Source: Nanobdellota archaeon
GTDB lineage: Archaea; Nanobdellota; Nanobdellia; Pacearchaeales; GW2011-AR1
Reading direction: 5' to 3'
Length of the DNA stretch: 64,000 nucleotides
NCBI GenBank assembly: GCA_038046245.1
Contig: JBBSWO010000001.1
Span: forward strand, 12,761-76,760
The notes beneath the pieces are model-generated. The model ran no database searches. It saw only the letters and a list, made by a program, of their open reading frames with translations, and was not told where the DNA came from. This document shows positions 19,666 to 30,600 of the stretch, piece after piece. Position 1 is the first letter of the stretch, and every line of letters begins with the position of its first letter. The translations under genes and the position numbers were made by a program.

Positions 19666-19702
19666 GAAAAATAAAAGGAAGTAGCATTAATAAAATTAAC
19701 CA

Positions 19703-20179
19703 TTAATATATTACTGCAACAAGCACGGATTCAATATCTTGAAGCCTTATTTTACCATCATCGATATTATTATTGTCGCCTTTCGTAACAAAATAAACTC
19801 CATTTCCATCATAATTTTTTTCTATAACTCTGTGCACTATCAACTCTCCGTTTTTCCTAAACGTGACTATGTCTCCAACATTCACTTCGCCTTCAGTTTT
19901 TGGAGTTATCACAACACCTGTCGAGTTCACACCCAAAGTCGGAGCCATACTTCCAGAATCTTCATATCTTATGAAAGACGGCTTCTCAATAAAAAAAGTC
20001 ACACTGGTATTGTTTGCAGTTATGGAACTTTCATTCAAAAAATCAGATGGAGACTCAAAATTGCCGTTTGAAATAACAAATCCAGATATTATCCCTCTGT
20101 CTAAGACATATAATATGAACACTGCATTAAGAATTAATATTGCTAGGACAAAAATTAAGATTAGGTTTATAGTCTTCAT
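19703..20179 (-). CDS. Type I signal peptidase, archaeal/ER (SipW/Sec11-like, S26B)
   Basis: N-terminal TM, catalytic-Ser box SGSMAPTL, His box IVHRVIE, and TKGDNN near the C-terminus. Confidence 0.8.
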   Translation of the reverse strand: MKTINLILIFVLAILILNAVFILYVLDRGIISGFVISNGNFESPSDFLNESSITANNTSVTFFIEKPSFIRYEDSGSMAPTLGVNSTGVVITPKTEGEVNVGDIVTFRKNGELIVHRVIEKNYDGNGVYFVTKGDNNNIDDGKIRLQDIESVLVAVIY

Positions 20180-20210
20180 AAGAACCAGTATTAAACCTTA
20201 TTTTTAAGAA

Positions 20211-20669
20211 TTATTGTTTTCTAAGATCTCTTTTGTAAGTTGCAGTAAAGTTTCCGGTATAGTTGCCAAGGGATTGATTGGTAAAAACAATTGTCGAGAC
20301 ACTTATTTCCTTCATCTCATCCTTTTTCAGATAAATCGGGCTGTCAAATACTATAAAGTCCTTGACCTGGCCAGAAACTTCAAAGTCAACCTTTACCCCA
20401 AAATTATAATAGTTTTGTATTTTTATTTTCTTTTCAGCACTCGATTCTAAGGGAGTAATCCCAAAATCGAGAGTTTGATTCTGAACAGCAAGACCGCCAA
20501 CCTTACCTATCCTGACAATTATGGGAATTTCTTTAGTCCCAAGAATATCGTTCCTGTTTACAAAAGATATTATAAACAATGTCAAAACAGCTAAAGAAAA
20601 CAATATGGCTGAAATGACGTAAAAACTTTTCAAACTCTTATTTTTTGCGAGGTCTCTTAAGCGTTCCAT
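20211..20669 (-). CDS. Membrane-anchored beta-sandwich protein (152 aa), related to the N-terminal domain of the 390/399-aa paralogues
   Basis: N-terminal TM. LDFGITP...KIKIQN...VDFEVSGQVKDFIVFD resembles GITPGRTTLDFEPG...FSVINS...VVFVVKGELASYI of 22957..24156. The ATG start overlaps the upstream gene by 32 nt. Confidence 0.65.
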   Translation of the reverse strand: MERLRDLAKNKSLKSFYVISAILFSLAVLTLFIISFVNRNDILGTKEIPIIVRIGKVGGLAVQNQTLDFGITPLESSAEKKIKIQNYYNFGVKVDFEVSGQVKDFIVFDSPIYLKKDEMKEISVSTIVFTNQSLGNYTGNFTATYKRDLRKQ

Positions 20670-21810
20670 TTTCTTTTATATATCTAATTGCCCTTATAAA
20701 TTTTACAGCAGCCAAAGTCAAGATAATCAAAACTCCAATACCTCCGATTATAAACCAAATTAGCATAGACGGTCTATTGTAAAATTGAACCTTAACAATC
20801 TTATTTGTCTCTCCCCTTTCGTCTCTCCCATAATAGTTTAGCGTGATATTTGCATCGTAGAATCCCTCACTGAAATTTGAGGTATCCAGATATCCCGTAA
20901 TTGTTTTCTTCTCCCAAGCCGTCAGAGAGGTTGATGTTGTTTTAAAAGAAGCCAAACTCACTGAATTGTTTAGAATTTCAACATCTGCAAAGACTCCATC
21001 AATGTCGTTGTTCCAATTGCTCAAGATTTCAACGTCAAACGACTGCAGCTTGCTTATGGGGATGAAATTGGAGTAGTTAATTATACTTATACTGAGATTG
21101 CCTATCTTAAAATTAAATCGGTCCTTTGCCACATCCCCATAATCGACTAACGCGACTGCAGTGTAATTTCCAGAGTTCAAGCCAGAGGTGTCAAACTGCT
21201 TCTGCAAAGCAATTGATTCTTGGCTCCTCAAAAGTCTCTTTTGAAAAGAGAATTCCTTAACTTGGGTCTCTCCGGAATATATCTCAACTTTGGGCGTAAT
21301 AGTCACGTCTTCCGTCCCCTTGCTGGTTATGCTCAATTCAAAATTGATAGGCTCACCAACATTCGCATCATGCCCAGTCAGTCCTATCTCAACATATTTT
21401 CCAGGATAAGGCACATAAACATCGATAGCCCCAACAACAACGACTCTTGTCCCTATAAACCCTGAAGCCAATTCAGGATCAACTTTCTGACCAACAACTA
21501 TGCCAAGTCTATGCCTTCCGGGTTTTTCAATAACATGAGGAAATTTAATTGTTGCATCAAACTCGCCTCCACCCACAAGATTTGTTTTGTCAAAGGAAAT
21601 ATATTGTGCCAGATCACCTTCCGCAGAAACTTCCACTTCCATATTGGCAGCAGAGAGAACATTATAATGGATAGTTTCCACACTATCAGGGATAAAATTA
21701 TATGTCTCTATTGCTGGTGTAAGGCCCAAGGACGAAACATTTTGCAAAGTGATTATAATAACTGCTGACACAATTAAACAAATAAAAAACCCCCCTCTTT
21801 TTTCTGGCAT
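20638..21810 (-). CDS. Secreted multi-beta-sandwich protein with C-terminal TM anchor (paralogue of 22957..24156)
   Basis: Signal peptide ending SSLGLTPA, shared motif VYVPYPGKYVE, C-terminal TM (LIWFIIGGIGVLIILTLAAV) plus basic tail. Confidence 0.7.
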   Translation of the reverse strand: MPEKRGGFFICLIVSAVIIITLQNVSSLGLTPAIETYNFIPDSVETIHYNVLSAANMEVEVSAEGDLAQYISFDKTNLVGGGEFDATIKFPHVIEKPGRHRLGIVVGQKVDPELASGFIGTRVVVVGAIDVYVPYPGKYVEIGLTGHDANVGEPINFELSITSKGTEDVTITPKVEIYSGETQVKEFSFQKRLLRSQESIALQKQFDTSGLNSGNYTAVALVDYGDVAKDRFNFKIGNLSISIINYSNFIPISKLQSFDVEILSNWNNDIDGVFADVEILNNSVSLASFKTTSTSLTAWEKKTITGYLDTSNFSEGFYDANITLNYYGRDERGETNKIVKVQFYNRPSMLIWFIIGGIGVLIILTLAAVKFIRAIRYIKENGTLKRPRKK

Positions 21811-22014
21811 AGTAATTAAAGTAAAAAATTATTTTTATATCTTACTGTTTTTGATTTTGCCATCTTAACCGCTTTTGTTGAGTGTTAATAATTTTAGAAT
21901 AATCTCTTATTACAGAACCCATCAACAGAATAAACAAAATTAAATCACAACAAAGAATCAAAGCAATGTAGCATAATCTACAAACACTATCGAGAATAAT
22001 ATAAAAAAATAAAA

Positions 22015-22680
22015 CTAAGGAAGATACCCAGTAGCAGTGATTTGTGCAGTCCTATATCCTGATTGAGCAGGAGCGTTGTTCGAAACATTCAGCTGGAAAT
22101 CTATTCTCAATTCATCTCTGTCTGGGTTGAATTGCGTTTGGTTGCAAACTCTGACTACCTGATTAGTCTGAATATCCGTGTATGAAAGTGGTGTAAGAGT
22201 GGCATCACAGGTGTTAGGCTCACTCCCATCAGCAATGTTAAACTCCGAAAGCTTCCACTTAAATGTAGAACCGAAATTTGCACCATTGTCAAGCAAGAGT
22301 GAAGCATTTCTGTTAGAAGTTAAATTAATAGCTATAGGCAAAGTTGATCCGAATGTAGTAAGTATTAATCCCCTATTCTGGGTTTGCCAACCAGCACCGC
22401 ATATTATTGGGGATGCAGTGTTATTCGTGTCTAATATTGCATATAAACCAGTACCACACGAAGTGTTAACATAACCAGAACTCCAGTTGATTAAGTTATT
22501 TGTAAAATTAAGACTAATAACTTGTTGAATTTCTAAGGTAACATTTCCTTGTCCTGATGAAGCAAATCCAGAACTCTTAAGATTTAATGTACTGAAAACC
22601 CCAATCACGGAAGTGATTACAGCAAGGACGGCAACAACCATCAAGACTTTTGTAACTCCCGATGTCTCTTCTTCAGCCAT
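22015..22680 (-). CDS. Secreted beta-rich protein with TasA/camelysin-like (SipW-substrate-like) N-terminal region; candidate fibre subunit
   Basis: The hydrophobic segment is followed by GVFSTLNLKSSGFASSGQGNVTLEI. Compare the Bacillus TasA/CalY pattern ...(A/Y)F(S/N)D...F(A)(S/A)GTLDL. A type I signal peptidase gene lies 1.8 kb downstream on the same strand. Confidence 0.6.
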   Translation of the reverse strand: MAEEETSGVTKVLMVVAVLAVITSVIGVFSTLNLKSSGFASSGQGNVTLEIQQVISLNFTNNLINWSSGYVNTSCGTGLYAILDTNNTASPIICGAGWQTQNRGLILTTFGSTLPIAINLTSNRNASLLLDNGANFGSTFKWKLSEFNIADGSEPNTCDATLTPLSYTDIQTNQVVRVCNQTQFNPDRDELRIDFQLNVSNNAPAQSGYRTAQITATGYLP

Positions 22681-22880
22681 TATTGTATTCCTCCTCTTTC
22701 TGATGTTGGAGCGATTTTAAATGAAATCTGACCGGTTGATGGCCCCTGATTGTTAATTGTCTTCTCAACAGTTTTTTGCGAACCGATAAGATTAGTAGAA
22801 AATGTTAATACAACGCTAACGACAGAAAGTATAATTGTTATCAACAACAATATCACCACAATTTTTTGACTGTTAACCAT
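22680..22880 (-). CDS. Small secreted/anchored protein (66 aa) sharing the post-TM FST motif
   Basis: TM then LTFSTNLIGSQK, similar to GVFSTLNLKSSG in the next gene. Its stop overlaps the next gene's ATG (TAATG). Confidence 0.55.
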   Translation of the reverse strand: MVNSQKIVVILLLITIILSVVSVVLTFSTNLIGSQKTVEKTINNQGPSTGQISFKIAPTSERGGIQ

Positions 22881-22956
22881 TTTATCCTCTTTTGATTCTT
22901 ATAACCAACTAAAATCAGAACCCTTTATAAACTTTTTGATGATTCAAAATATTCGT

Positions 22957-24156
22957 TCATTTTTTTCTCTTCATTAATTTTCTTATCAAAACAAACCATA
23001 CAATATTTGCAACAATCAATCCAATCACTAAAATTATAAGCAAGTTATTAACATTCAATCCGCCTTTACCCTTGACGATAACTTTTCCTGTGACCCCAAT
23101 AATCTCGAGGCTGTCGCTGCCTATTTTAAGCTGTATATTTTTCTCGACAGAACTTTCTCCATATTTCAAAATTAATTTTCCATCATAAGTTCCTTGTTTA
23201 ACTCCAACCGTATCCCAATATGCAACCATTTCTTCTTTACTCAAGGAATCTATATCATAATTAGGAGATTTGAAATCAGCCATGATTTCTCCCTGCGTGT
23301 TGTAAACCAAAATGTTCAAATAAACGTCCTTAAGCTGCTCTGACCACTTGCTTTCGACCATTGCATTGAACTTCGCAATCTCGCCAAGCCTAAAATCTTT
23401 GACATCTACGGCAATTATGTCAATGAGTTTCTGCCCAACTTCAAACGGCTTCTCAACTTTAGTAACCTCGTTGTCATAAACAACAGAAACAACAGCAAGA
23501 TATTTTCCAGAATTGACGCCGCTGCTGTCCCACTCAGCAATGAGTTCTTTTCTCTGCAAACTTAGAAGTGAATCGGAATTGGATTCAATCGTTGCAACTT
23601 TTTCATTTAAAGAAGTGTAAACGTCCACAACAGCCTTGATGTTCCCAATATCTAATTTACCACGATTTATTGACGGAACCAAAAACAGGGTTTTCCCTTT
23701 GTCATTAATCACATTGACCTCTGCTTCGACATATTTATTGGGGTAAGGAACATAGATATGCAATTGCGTCGCAACCCCAACGGTTGCTCCGACAAAGGTC
23801 CCCTGCTGTTTGATATCTTTAGGAAGCTCCAAAGCGACAACTTCTGCCTCGTACAATCCGGGCTTGTCAAATTTTTCTGGAAGATTAAAAGTATAGCTAA
23901 ATGACCTAGATTCATCGCTAGACAAAAAGTCTTCATACGCTTTGTTCATCGTTATGTAACTTGCCAATTCCCCTTTCACAACAAAAACAACACTCATGTC
24001 TTTATGTTCTGAATTGATTACTGAAAAAGCGACCTCCCTGTGCATGCCAGGCTCAAAATCCAAAGTCGTTCTTCCAGGAGTTATTCCTATTGCTGAAATA
24101 AAACTGGTTAAAGCTAACAAAAGCACAAAACCCAAGATTATTTTTTTATTTGTCAT
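22957..24156 (-). CDS. Secreted multi-beta-sandwich protein with C-terminal TM anchor (paralogue of 20638..21810)
   Basis: Signal peptide ending ISAIGITPG, motif IYVPYPNKYVE, C-terminal TM (LLIILVIGLIVANIVWFVLI) plus KRKK tail. Confidence 0.7.
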   Translation of the reverse strand: MTNKKIILGFVLLLALTSFISAIGITPGRTTLDFEPGMHREVAFSVINSEHKDMSVVFVVKGELASYITMNKAYEDFLSSDESRSFSYTFNLPEKFDKPGLYEAEVVALELPKDIKQQGTFVGATVGVATQLHIYVPYPNKYVEAEVNVINDKGKTLFLVPSINRGKLDIGNIKAVVDVYTSLNEKVATIESNSDSLLSLQRKELIAEWDSSGVNSGKYLAVVSVVYDNEVTKVEKPFEVGQKLIDIIAVDVKDFRLGEIAKFNAMVESKWSEQLKDVYLNILVYNTQGEIMADFKSPNYDIDSLSKEEMVAYWDTVGVKQGTYDGKLILKYGESSVEKNIQLKIGSDSLEIIGVTGKVIVKGKGGLNVNNLLIILVIGLIVANIVWFVLIRKLMKRKK

Positions 24157-24647
24157 TTTTGCCCTCCTGTGTAAGCCCCATTATTTTCAACTTCCGTCGA
24201 TGTTCCAACTTCAAGAGGAATGCTTGTAGTAATTCCGCCCTTAGTTTTTTTGACCGCAACTGCAACATTCCCTGAATTTTCCAAAATGTTTTTTTCTTGG
24301 CCTGTTCTTAAATTCAACCCAACCTGCCCTTCTATTGTAAAGGTTTTAATCTCGCTTTCTCTAAGCAAACTCTTGACTTTCCAATAATAAATCCTAGGAG
24401 GCAAAGTGATCTCATCCCCTTCCTGCAGGATGATTGGATCTGTGAACTGCTCATCAAGCGAGATATAAACTTTATCACCATTTTGTATTTCAAAAACAAA
24501 ATCAGGATCAGAAACGACCTGGCCAGAAATTGGAGAAATTGCTTGAGGAGAGTTTAAGAAAAATAAGTACACAAAAATTCCAGCAACCAAAACAGCCTCG
24601 GCTATCAAAATCTTTTTCTCCAATCCGATTTTATTTTTTGTTTCCAT
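24153..24647 (-). CDS. Membrane-anchored hypothetical protein (164 aa)
   Basis: N-terminal TM (ILIAEAVLVAGIFVYLFFL). Start overlaps the giant gene's stop (TAATG) and its stop overlaps the next ATG (ATGA). Confidence 0.6.
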   Translation of the reverse strand: METKNKIGLEKKILIAEAVLVAGIFVYLFFLNSPQAISPISGQVVSDPDFVFEIQNGDKVYISLDEQFTDPIILQEGDEITLPPRIYYWKVKSLLRESEIKTFTIEGQVGLNLRTGQEKNILENSGNVAVAVKKTKGGITTSIPLEVGTSTEVENNGAYTGGQK

Positions 24648-27600
24648 TATTCTGCTAAGCTTGCTGTGAAATTTATAGTTGAACTTCTTATGCCGGCACC
24701 TTCCTGCGCCCCGGGAACAGTTACATTAATGTCGATTTCTGCAGCGTCATTTGCATTCTGCCACCCAAGATATGCAAGTGCGTTCTTCACCTCTCCTTGA
24801 GTGGGAACATTCTTCCAGGCTGTCTGGCTTAAAAACCAATTAAAGCTCCCAGGCTCACTCCTGTTGTCAAATTTGTACTGGAAGTATTGTGATGGATTTG
24901 GCTGAGTTAGCCATAAGTTTGTCGCGTTAATGCTCACATTTACCAGGACATTTCCCAAATTCTCCAAAGCAAATGGCAGAGGAGAACCGTCTGATGTGTC
25001 ATTGATTTCATTTGGCAGCATCAATCCAAAATTAACTCTCAGATTTGTCAGATTGATGTCAATCAAAGCAGTTACATTGAATCTCCATTCATCGCTCCAC
25101 GTTCCAAAGCCAACGGTGTCATTCGCTCTAACTTTCCAAGTATAGTAATAATTTCTGTCGGCCAAATATTTCAAAGGAGTTAATAAAGTGTAATTTTCTA
25201 TAACAGGAGAGCCAGTATTCACAATAATATACCTGTTGTCATCAGTACAAGTACTTCCATCTTGATAATAACAAGTTATATTTATTTCATAAGCTTTGAT
25301 ATCTGATTTCCCGTCTAAATCAGTTCCATTCCAAACAAGCATTGGAGTTCTATTTATGAGGGGGGTATTGTTTAAAGGAGAGTAAAGAGTCACAGTTGGT
25401 AAAGTGTTTCCGATGAATATGCTTGTGTTATTTACTTTAGTTTGATATCCTCCTTTCTCGCATGTGGTATTGTAAAGATAAATACCTGTGCTTACGAATG
25501 TCCTATTGTAGCTCCACAACCTCGAGGTTGTGTTCCATATCATGTCTGCAGAAACAGAATCGTTGAATGCTATCTTGCATGAAACTGGTTGCGTAATGTA
25601 TACTATTCCGTTCGTGCTGAGCGCTACGACATCTGCTATACCATCTTTATTAGAATCACCAGTATCGATTGCCTCGCTGTAACCCAGATCATTACCTATA
25701 CTTCCAACATTCCAGACATATGAAAGCAAAGTTGTTGCATTTGTGGCATTGATATCAAATGCGTTGAGGGTTGAGCTATCACCACCAGTGATAAGCTCTT
25801 GCTGTATATCATCATCAATATTTGCGATTTTCATATTATAAACAACGCTAAGTGTTGGTAAGATGTATGTCCACAGCACTGCATTACTATTATTAATTGC
25901 ACGCAAATTATTATGCTGAGGATTTTGTGAGTCTAAATAAACAAATAAAAGGTCGTCTTTGCCGTCTCCATTAAGGTCTGTCTTCACCAAATCTCTTGAG
26001 ACCCAAGGAGTGTAGCTACTGAACGGACTAAAACTTACAATACTTCCACTTGTCAAGTTCGAAAATCTTATTCCATCACCCCCACCGCTGTTATATCTTC
26101 CATAAAGAATTTCTGAAATATTATCATTGTTGATATCCATAAAGATCGAAGCATCTTCTCCAGTATCAGTATTATTCCAAATTTGTGATCCATTTGTGGC
26201 ATTGATTAAGAAAAGACGCCCCCCCAGACTTCCGGCTATATAATCAGCTACACCATCAATGTTTTTATCATAGAGCTGCAATTCAACAAGTGCGCCAAGT
26301 GCTGTGTTGCTCCAGAACTGTTGTCCTGAACTATTGTATGCAAATAGTCCATTACCTGAACCTAAACCAAAAATAATATCAAGTTGTCCATCTCCATTGA
26401 TATCGCCAAGTTCAAGTGACTCCCCCCAAGATACTCCAGGATCTATGGTTCTTTCAAGTCCCCCAGCCATATTAAAAATAAATAAATCTCCATCATAATA
26501 ATTAATTCCTAATATTTCACTCTGGTTATCTTTGTCTATATCGCCAAGACGTATTGCATATTTAGGATATGGAATTGTGGCAGAAACCCATAATAAACTT
26601 CCATTAAATGCAAATGCTGCAAAGTTTGATCCATTTCCAAGCACATAACCATCAGGTATACCGTCTGTGTTCATATCAATAACTTTGATTGAATGAGAGA
26701 TGTCATTAGTATCCAAATCAGTGCTATTGTGAATCAATTGTTTCACATCCCCAATAACTCCAGAGCTGTAATTCGCAGTGAAAGTTATCGGCTGATTAAT
26801 AACAGGAGCAGATTGTGTAGTTAATATACTCGTAGTGTAGTTTTGGATTATTATCGCTGTTGAACTAGAATTTGACTCAAAAATGTCAAAAGCAACAATG
26901 CTGCAATTAATATTATCATCGTGATAAGTAAGATCCCTTGAAAGATTAACAGATGCTAAAGTGTCATTTTGATATCCTGAAACAGTTTGGTTTAAAATGA
27001 CTGCTCCATTCCTACGCCAGCTGACATTTACATTAAGATTTGTTTGATCTGCGTCATTTATATTAAAAGTACAGTTAAGACTGTCTTTGGTATAAGCCGG
27101 GCTTGGAGTTATTGCCAAACTTTTTATTTGTGGAGCAGTATTCCGGACATGCAAAACCCTTACTCCTGTAGAGTTTGCTCCACCATAGCTGTCATTTGCA
27201 TATCCATAATACGTGTAATCTCCCAATGTTAGATTTGTCTGGTTGGCAAAGAAATTCCATTTGTCAAAATCATATTTGTACAAATTTGAAAGATAAAGCT
27301 GTCTAACTTCTTGTGCAGACAAAGATCTGTTCCAAATTCTAACTTCGTCGATGCTTCCAATAAATCCATCTGGAGATAAGGTTGAACTTCCTATCAAAGT
27401 CGTCCCTCCAATTAAAAAGTTATCATCATTGCTAGCTATTACATTAGTTAAACCATAACCTTGACTAAATTCTCCACCATTTACATAAAATGTAAGATAT
27501 TTGCTCTCATTAATAGTAGCAGTCAAGTACACCCATTGGTTTAAAGGAGGTATATAGTTAGACCTATAATCCGCAACACCAAATGCCGTGAAGGTCAGAT

Positions 27601-30600
27601 TATTTTGAGGTGTTGAATAAAGTCCAAAACACCATCCGTTGACGCTTACATTTCTTGCCAAGCAAACTATCTTTTTGTGGTTTGATGTAGAACTTGAAGT
27701 TACATTTATCCAGGCAGAAACACTGAAGTTTTTTGTCAATGGACTTATATTTTGAGAATAATTCATGATAATAGCATCCCCCCCATCAAAACGATAAGCG
27801 TTTCCAAACTTTCCTAAGTTTGTCAAAGTAGGACAATTAAACGGCAAAGTGCAGTTTCCACTGTTTCCATATTTACCAACATCAACAAAAGAAGTATTGT
27901 TTTCTCCTAAAAGCGAATTATTGTTTAGATTCATCATAAACAATAAACCATCATCATATAAGCTGTAATTTGTCCCATTCCAATTATACACAAAGTTTGC
28001 AAGATTAGATTCATTTATTGAGATATTCACAGGAGCATAGCTGTCTGAAATTGTAGTATCATTAGCATATGTCGGAGGAACAAAACTTATATTAGGCACA
28101 ACACCTACAAAATGTAAAACTCTCGTCTCTGTTGAGTTTGCCCCGCCGTAGCTGTCATTGGCGTATCCATAGTAAGTATAATCTCCAAAAGTTAAATTTG
28201 TCTGGTTTGCAAAGAAATTCCATTTATTAATATCATACTTGTATAAATTTGACATATAAAGCTGTTGGATTTCATTTTGCGAAAAAGTCCTGTTGAAAAC
28301 CATTAAATCGTCTATTGAGCCATTAAATGATAAATACTGTGTACTGCCATAAGAAAGATGGGCTCCAATCATAGAAGGATAAGGATTATTGCTGGTGATT
28401 GTTCCCGTAACACTCACTCCATTTTGATATAATCCATTCACATAAATTTTGAAATTATGTGAACTACCAACATCTTCCCTTGTCATTGTAATAAACGACC
28501 ATTGTCCTTGTGGAACTGAATTAATATTAGAAAAAATTACCTGATCAGCAGGATTTCTGATAGTCAAGCCAACATAATTAGTATTTGCATTACGTCCATC
28601 CCAATAAATCCACCCATCAAAAAGTCCGTATAAATTTATTATATGCTGTTTGTCTGGATTTCCATTGTAATAAGGTTTTATCCAGGTCGAAAAAGTCCAA
28701 TTTTGTGTTGCATTTGTTATTGGATTTGAAAGGTTTATGTATCTCGGGCTTCCTGCACTGTAATTAGTCCCAGTAAAGTTAAATCCGCCGGAGTTCCTCC
28801 CGCCGTTCACCAACCATTCCAATCCATTTTTAACACTCCCATTGTTTTTATATTTGCTTAAGTCAGTAACTTGAGCACTGTTCTCACCTAAAGCCAGGAC
28901 ATTGTTGAAATTCATCATCAAGACCAAACGGTCATCGTAAAAAGAATAATTTATCCCATTCCAATTATAAATAAAGTTCGCCAGATTAGACTCGTTTATT
29001 GAAATGTTTACTGGAACACTTGTAGGAGTATAATTTTCATATATTGTAGCGCCATCATTTCGTGTTGGGCTGATAAAAGCAATTAATGGATTTTCGACGT
29101 CCATGACTATATTAATCTGCATGCTTTGGGTGATATTATAATAAGACCCAATCTTAGAACTTCCTTTGGAAACATTAATTGTGTGATTGTTATACAAAAT
29201 ATCTCCAGATAAAATCTTAACCTTATCTGTAACAGAGTTCCACGAAGTCAGTCCTTGTGAATCTGTTGATTGAGAAGATTCTAAGTTATTGTTTAAATCA
29301 CTAACATTAACCAAAGCCCCCTGAAGAGGAGTTCCGTTAAGGTTTGTAACATTAACTCTTGCATACCATTTTATTGTAATGTTATTTGTTCCTGTTGCTC
29401 CAAATGTAATTCTCGATTCATTAAATGTCGAGTTTAATAAAATGTTATTATAAGCGTTGGAATCAGAATAAATTTGTGAGGACAAATTATTCAGCTGAAC
29501 GCCCGTAAAGATATTGTTAGTAACAGAAAAAGCACCGCCATTAAAGTTGATTGACAGATTTGACGAGTTTATATTATCGCCATAAAACAAATTTCCCGAT
29601 GAGTTGGAGATTAAAGATACTCCATTAGAACTGACATCATTTGTTGTTATATTGTTGTATGAAAAATTGTTATTGTTTGTAAGAAAAATTCTAATTCCAT
29701 CAGAACTGCTGCCAGATGTTATCACTTTATTGTTGAAAATCTTATTTGCATTTGAATCTGAAAAAACATAAATTCCATAGCTAAAAGGCCCAAAAATTGT
29801 AATATTATTGTTGGAAGCATTATTATTTCCTGAAGAGGTAAATAAAATTCCTGAAGAAGAAGTACTGCGTATTGTAATGTTATTTGATGAAATATTATTC
29901 GAATATGATGAAAAAACCACAATTCCTGAGCTAGAGCTAAGGGAAGTATCAATCTGATTTAATAAAATACTATTAGAATTTGAAGCCCCAAGAAGATTAA
30001 TTCCATCTCCCCCAACAGAACTAGTAAAAATTTTATTGTAAGTAATATTGGAGTTTATTGAGCTAGATAGGACTATTGATCTGTAATTATTATTAAAAGT
30101 AGAATTATAAACAACAGCCCCATTAGAATAAATAACTAAACCTGTTTGATTTATATTAGAACTCCAGCCAGCATAACTCAAATAAGAACTGCTCATGTTG
30201 AACAAAGCCCCAGTGTTTACAACAAAGAAATAATTTGCATTCACGTTTTCCCCATTAGTAATATTAGAAGTATTTTTTATTGTCATGTTTCCTGTCGACA
30301 TCACGCTTATTCCCAGATAACCGTTAGTTGTTCCATTCATTCTCAATGTTGTGTTGTCCAAAACATAAATTCCTGAAATTGTCAAATTGCCATTCTGCCA
30401 AATACTATATCTAGAATTCTGAATTGTGAAAATTCCTCCAGAATTTATTGTAGTATTTCCAACAACTAATGTAACATTGCTCAACGTAAGACTTCCACCA
30501 CTTGTGACATTCAAAGACGCAATATTAATTACGGCATTAGAACACGAAGTGGCTCCGTTCACAATCCACCTATTAATTCCAGGAAGAGCTGGATTACATC

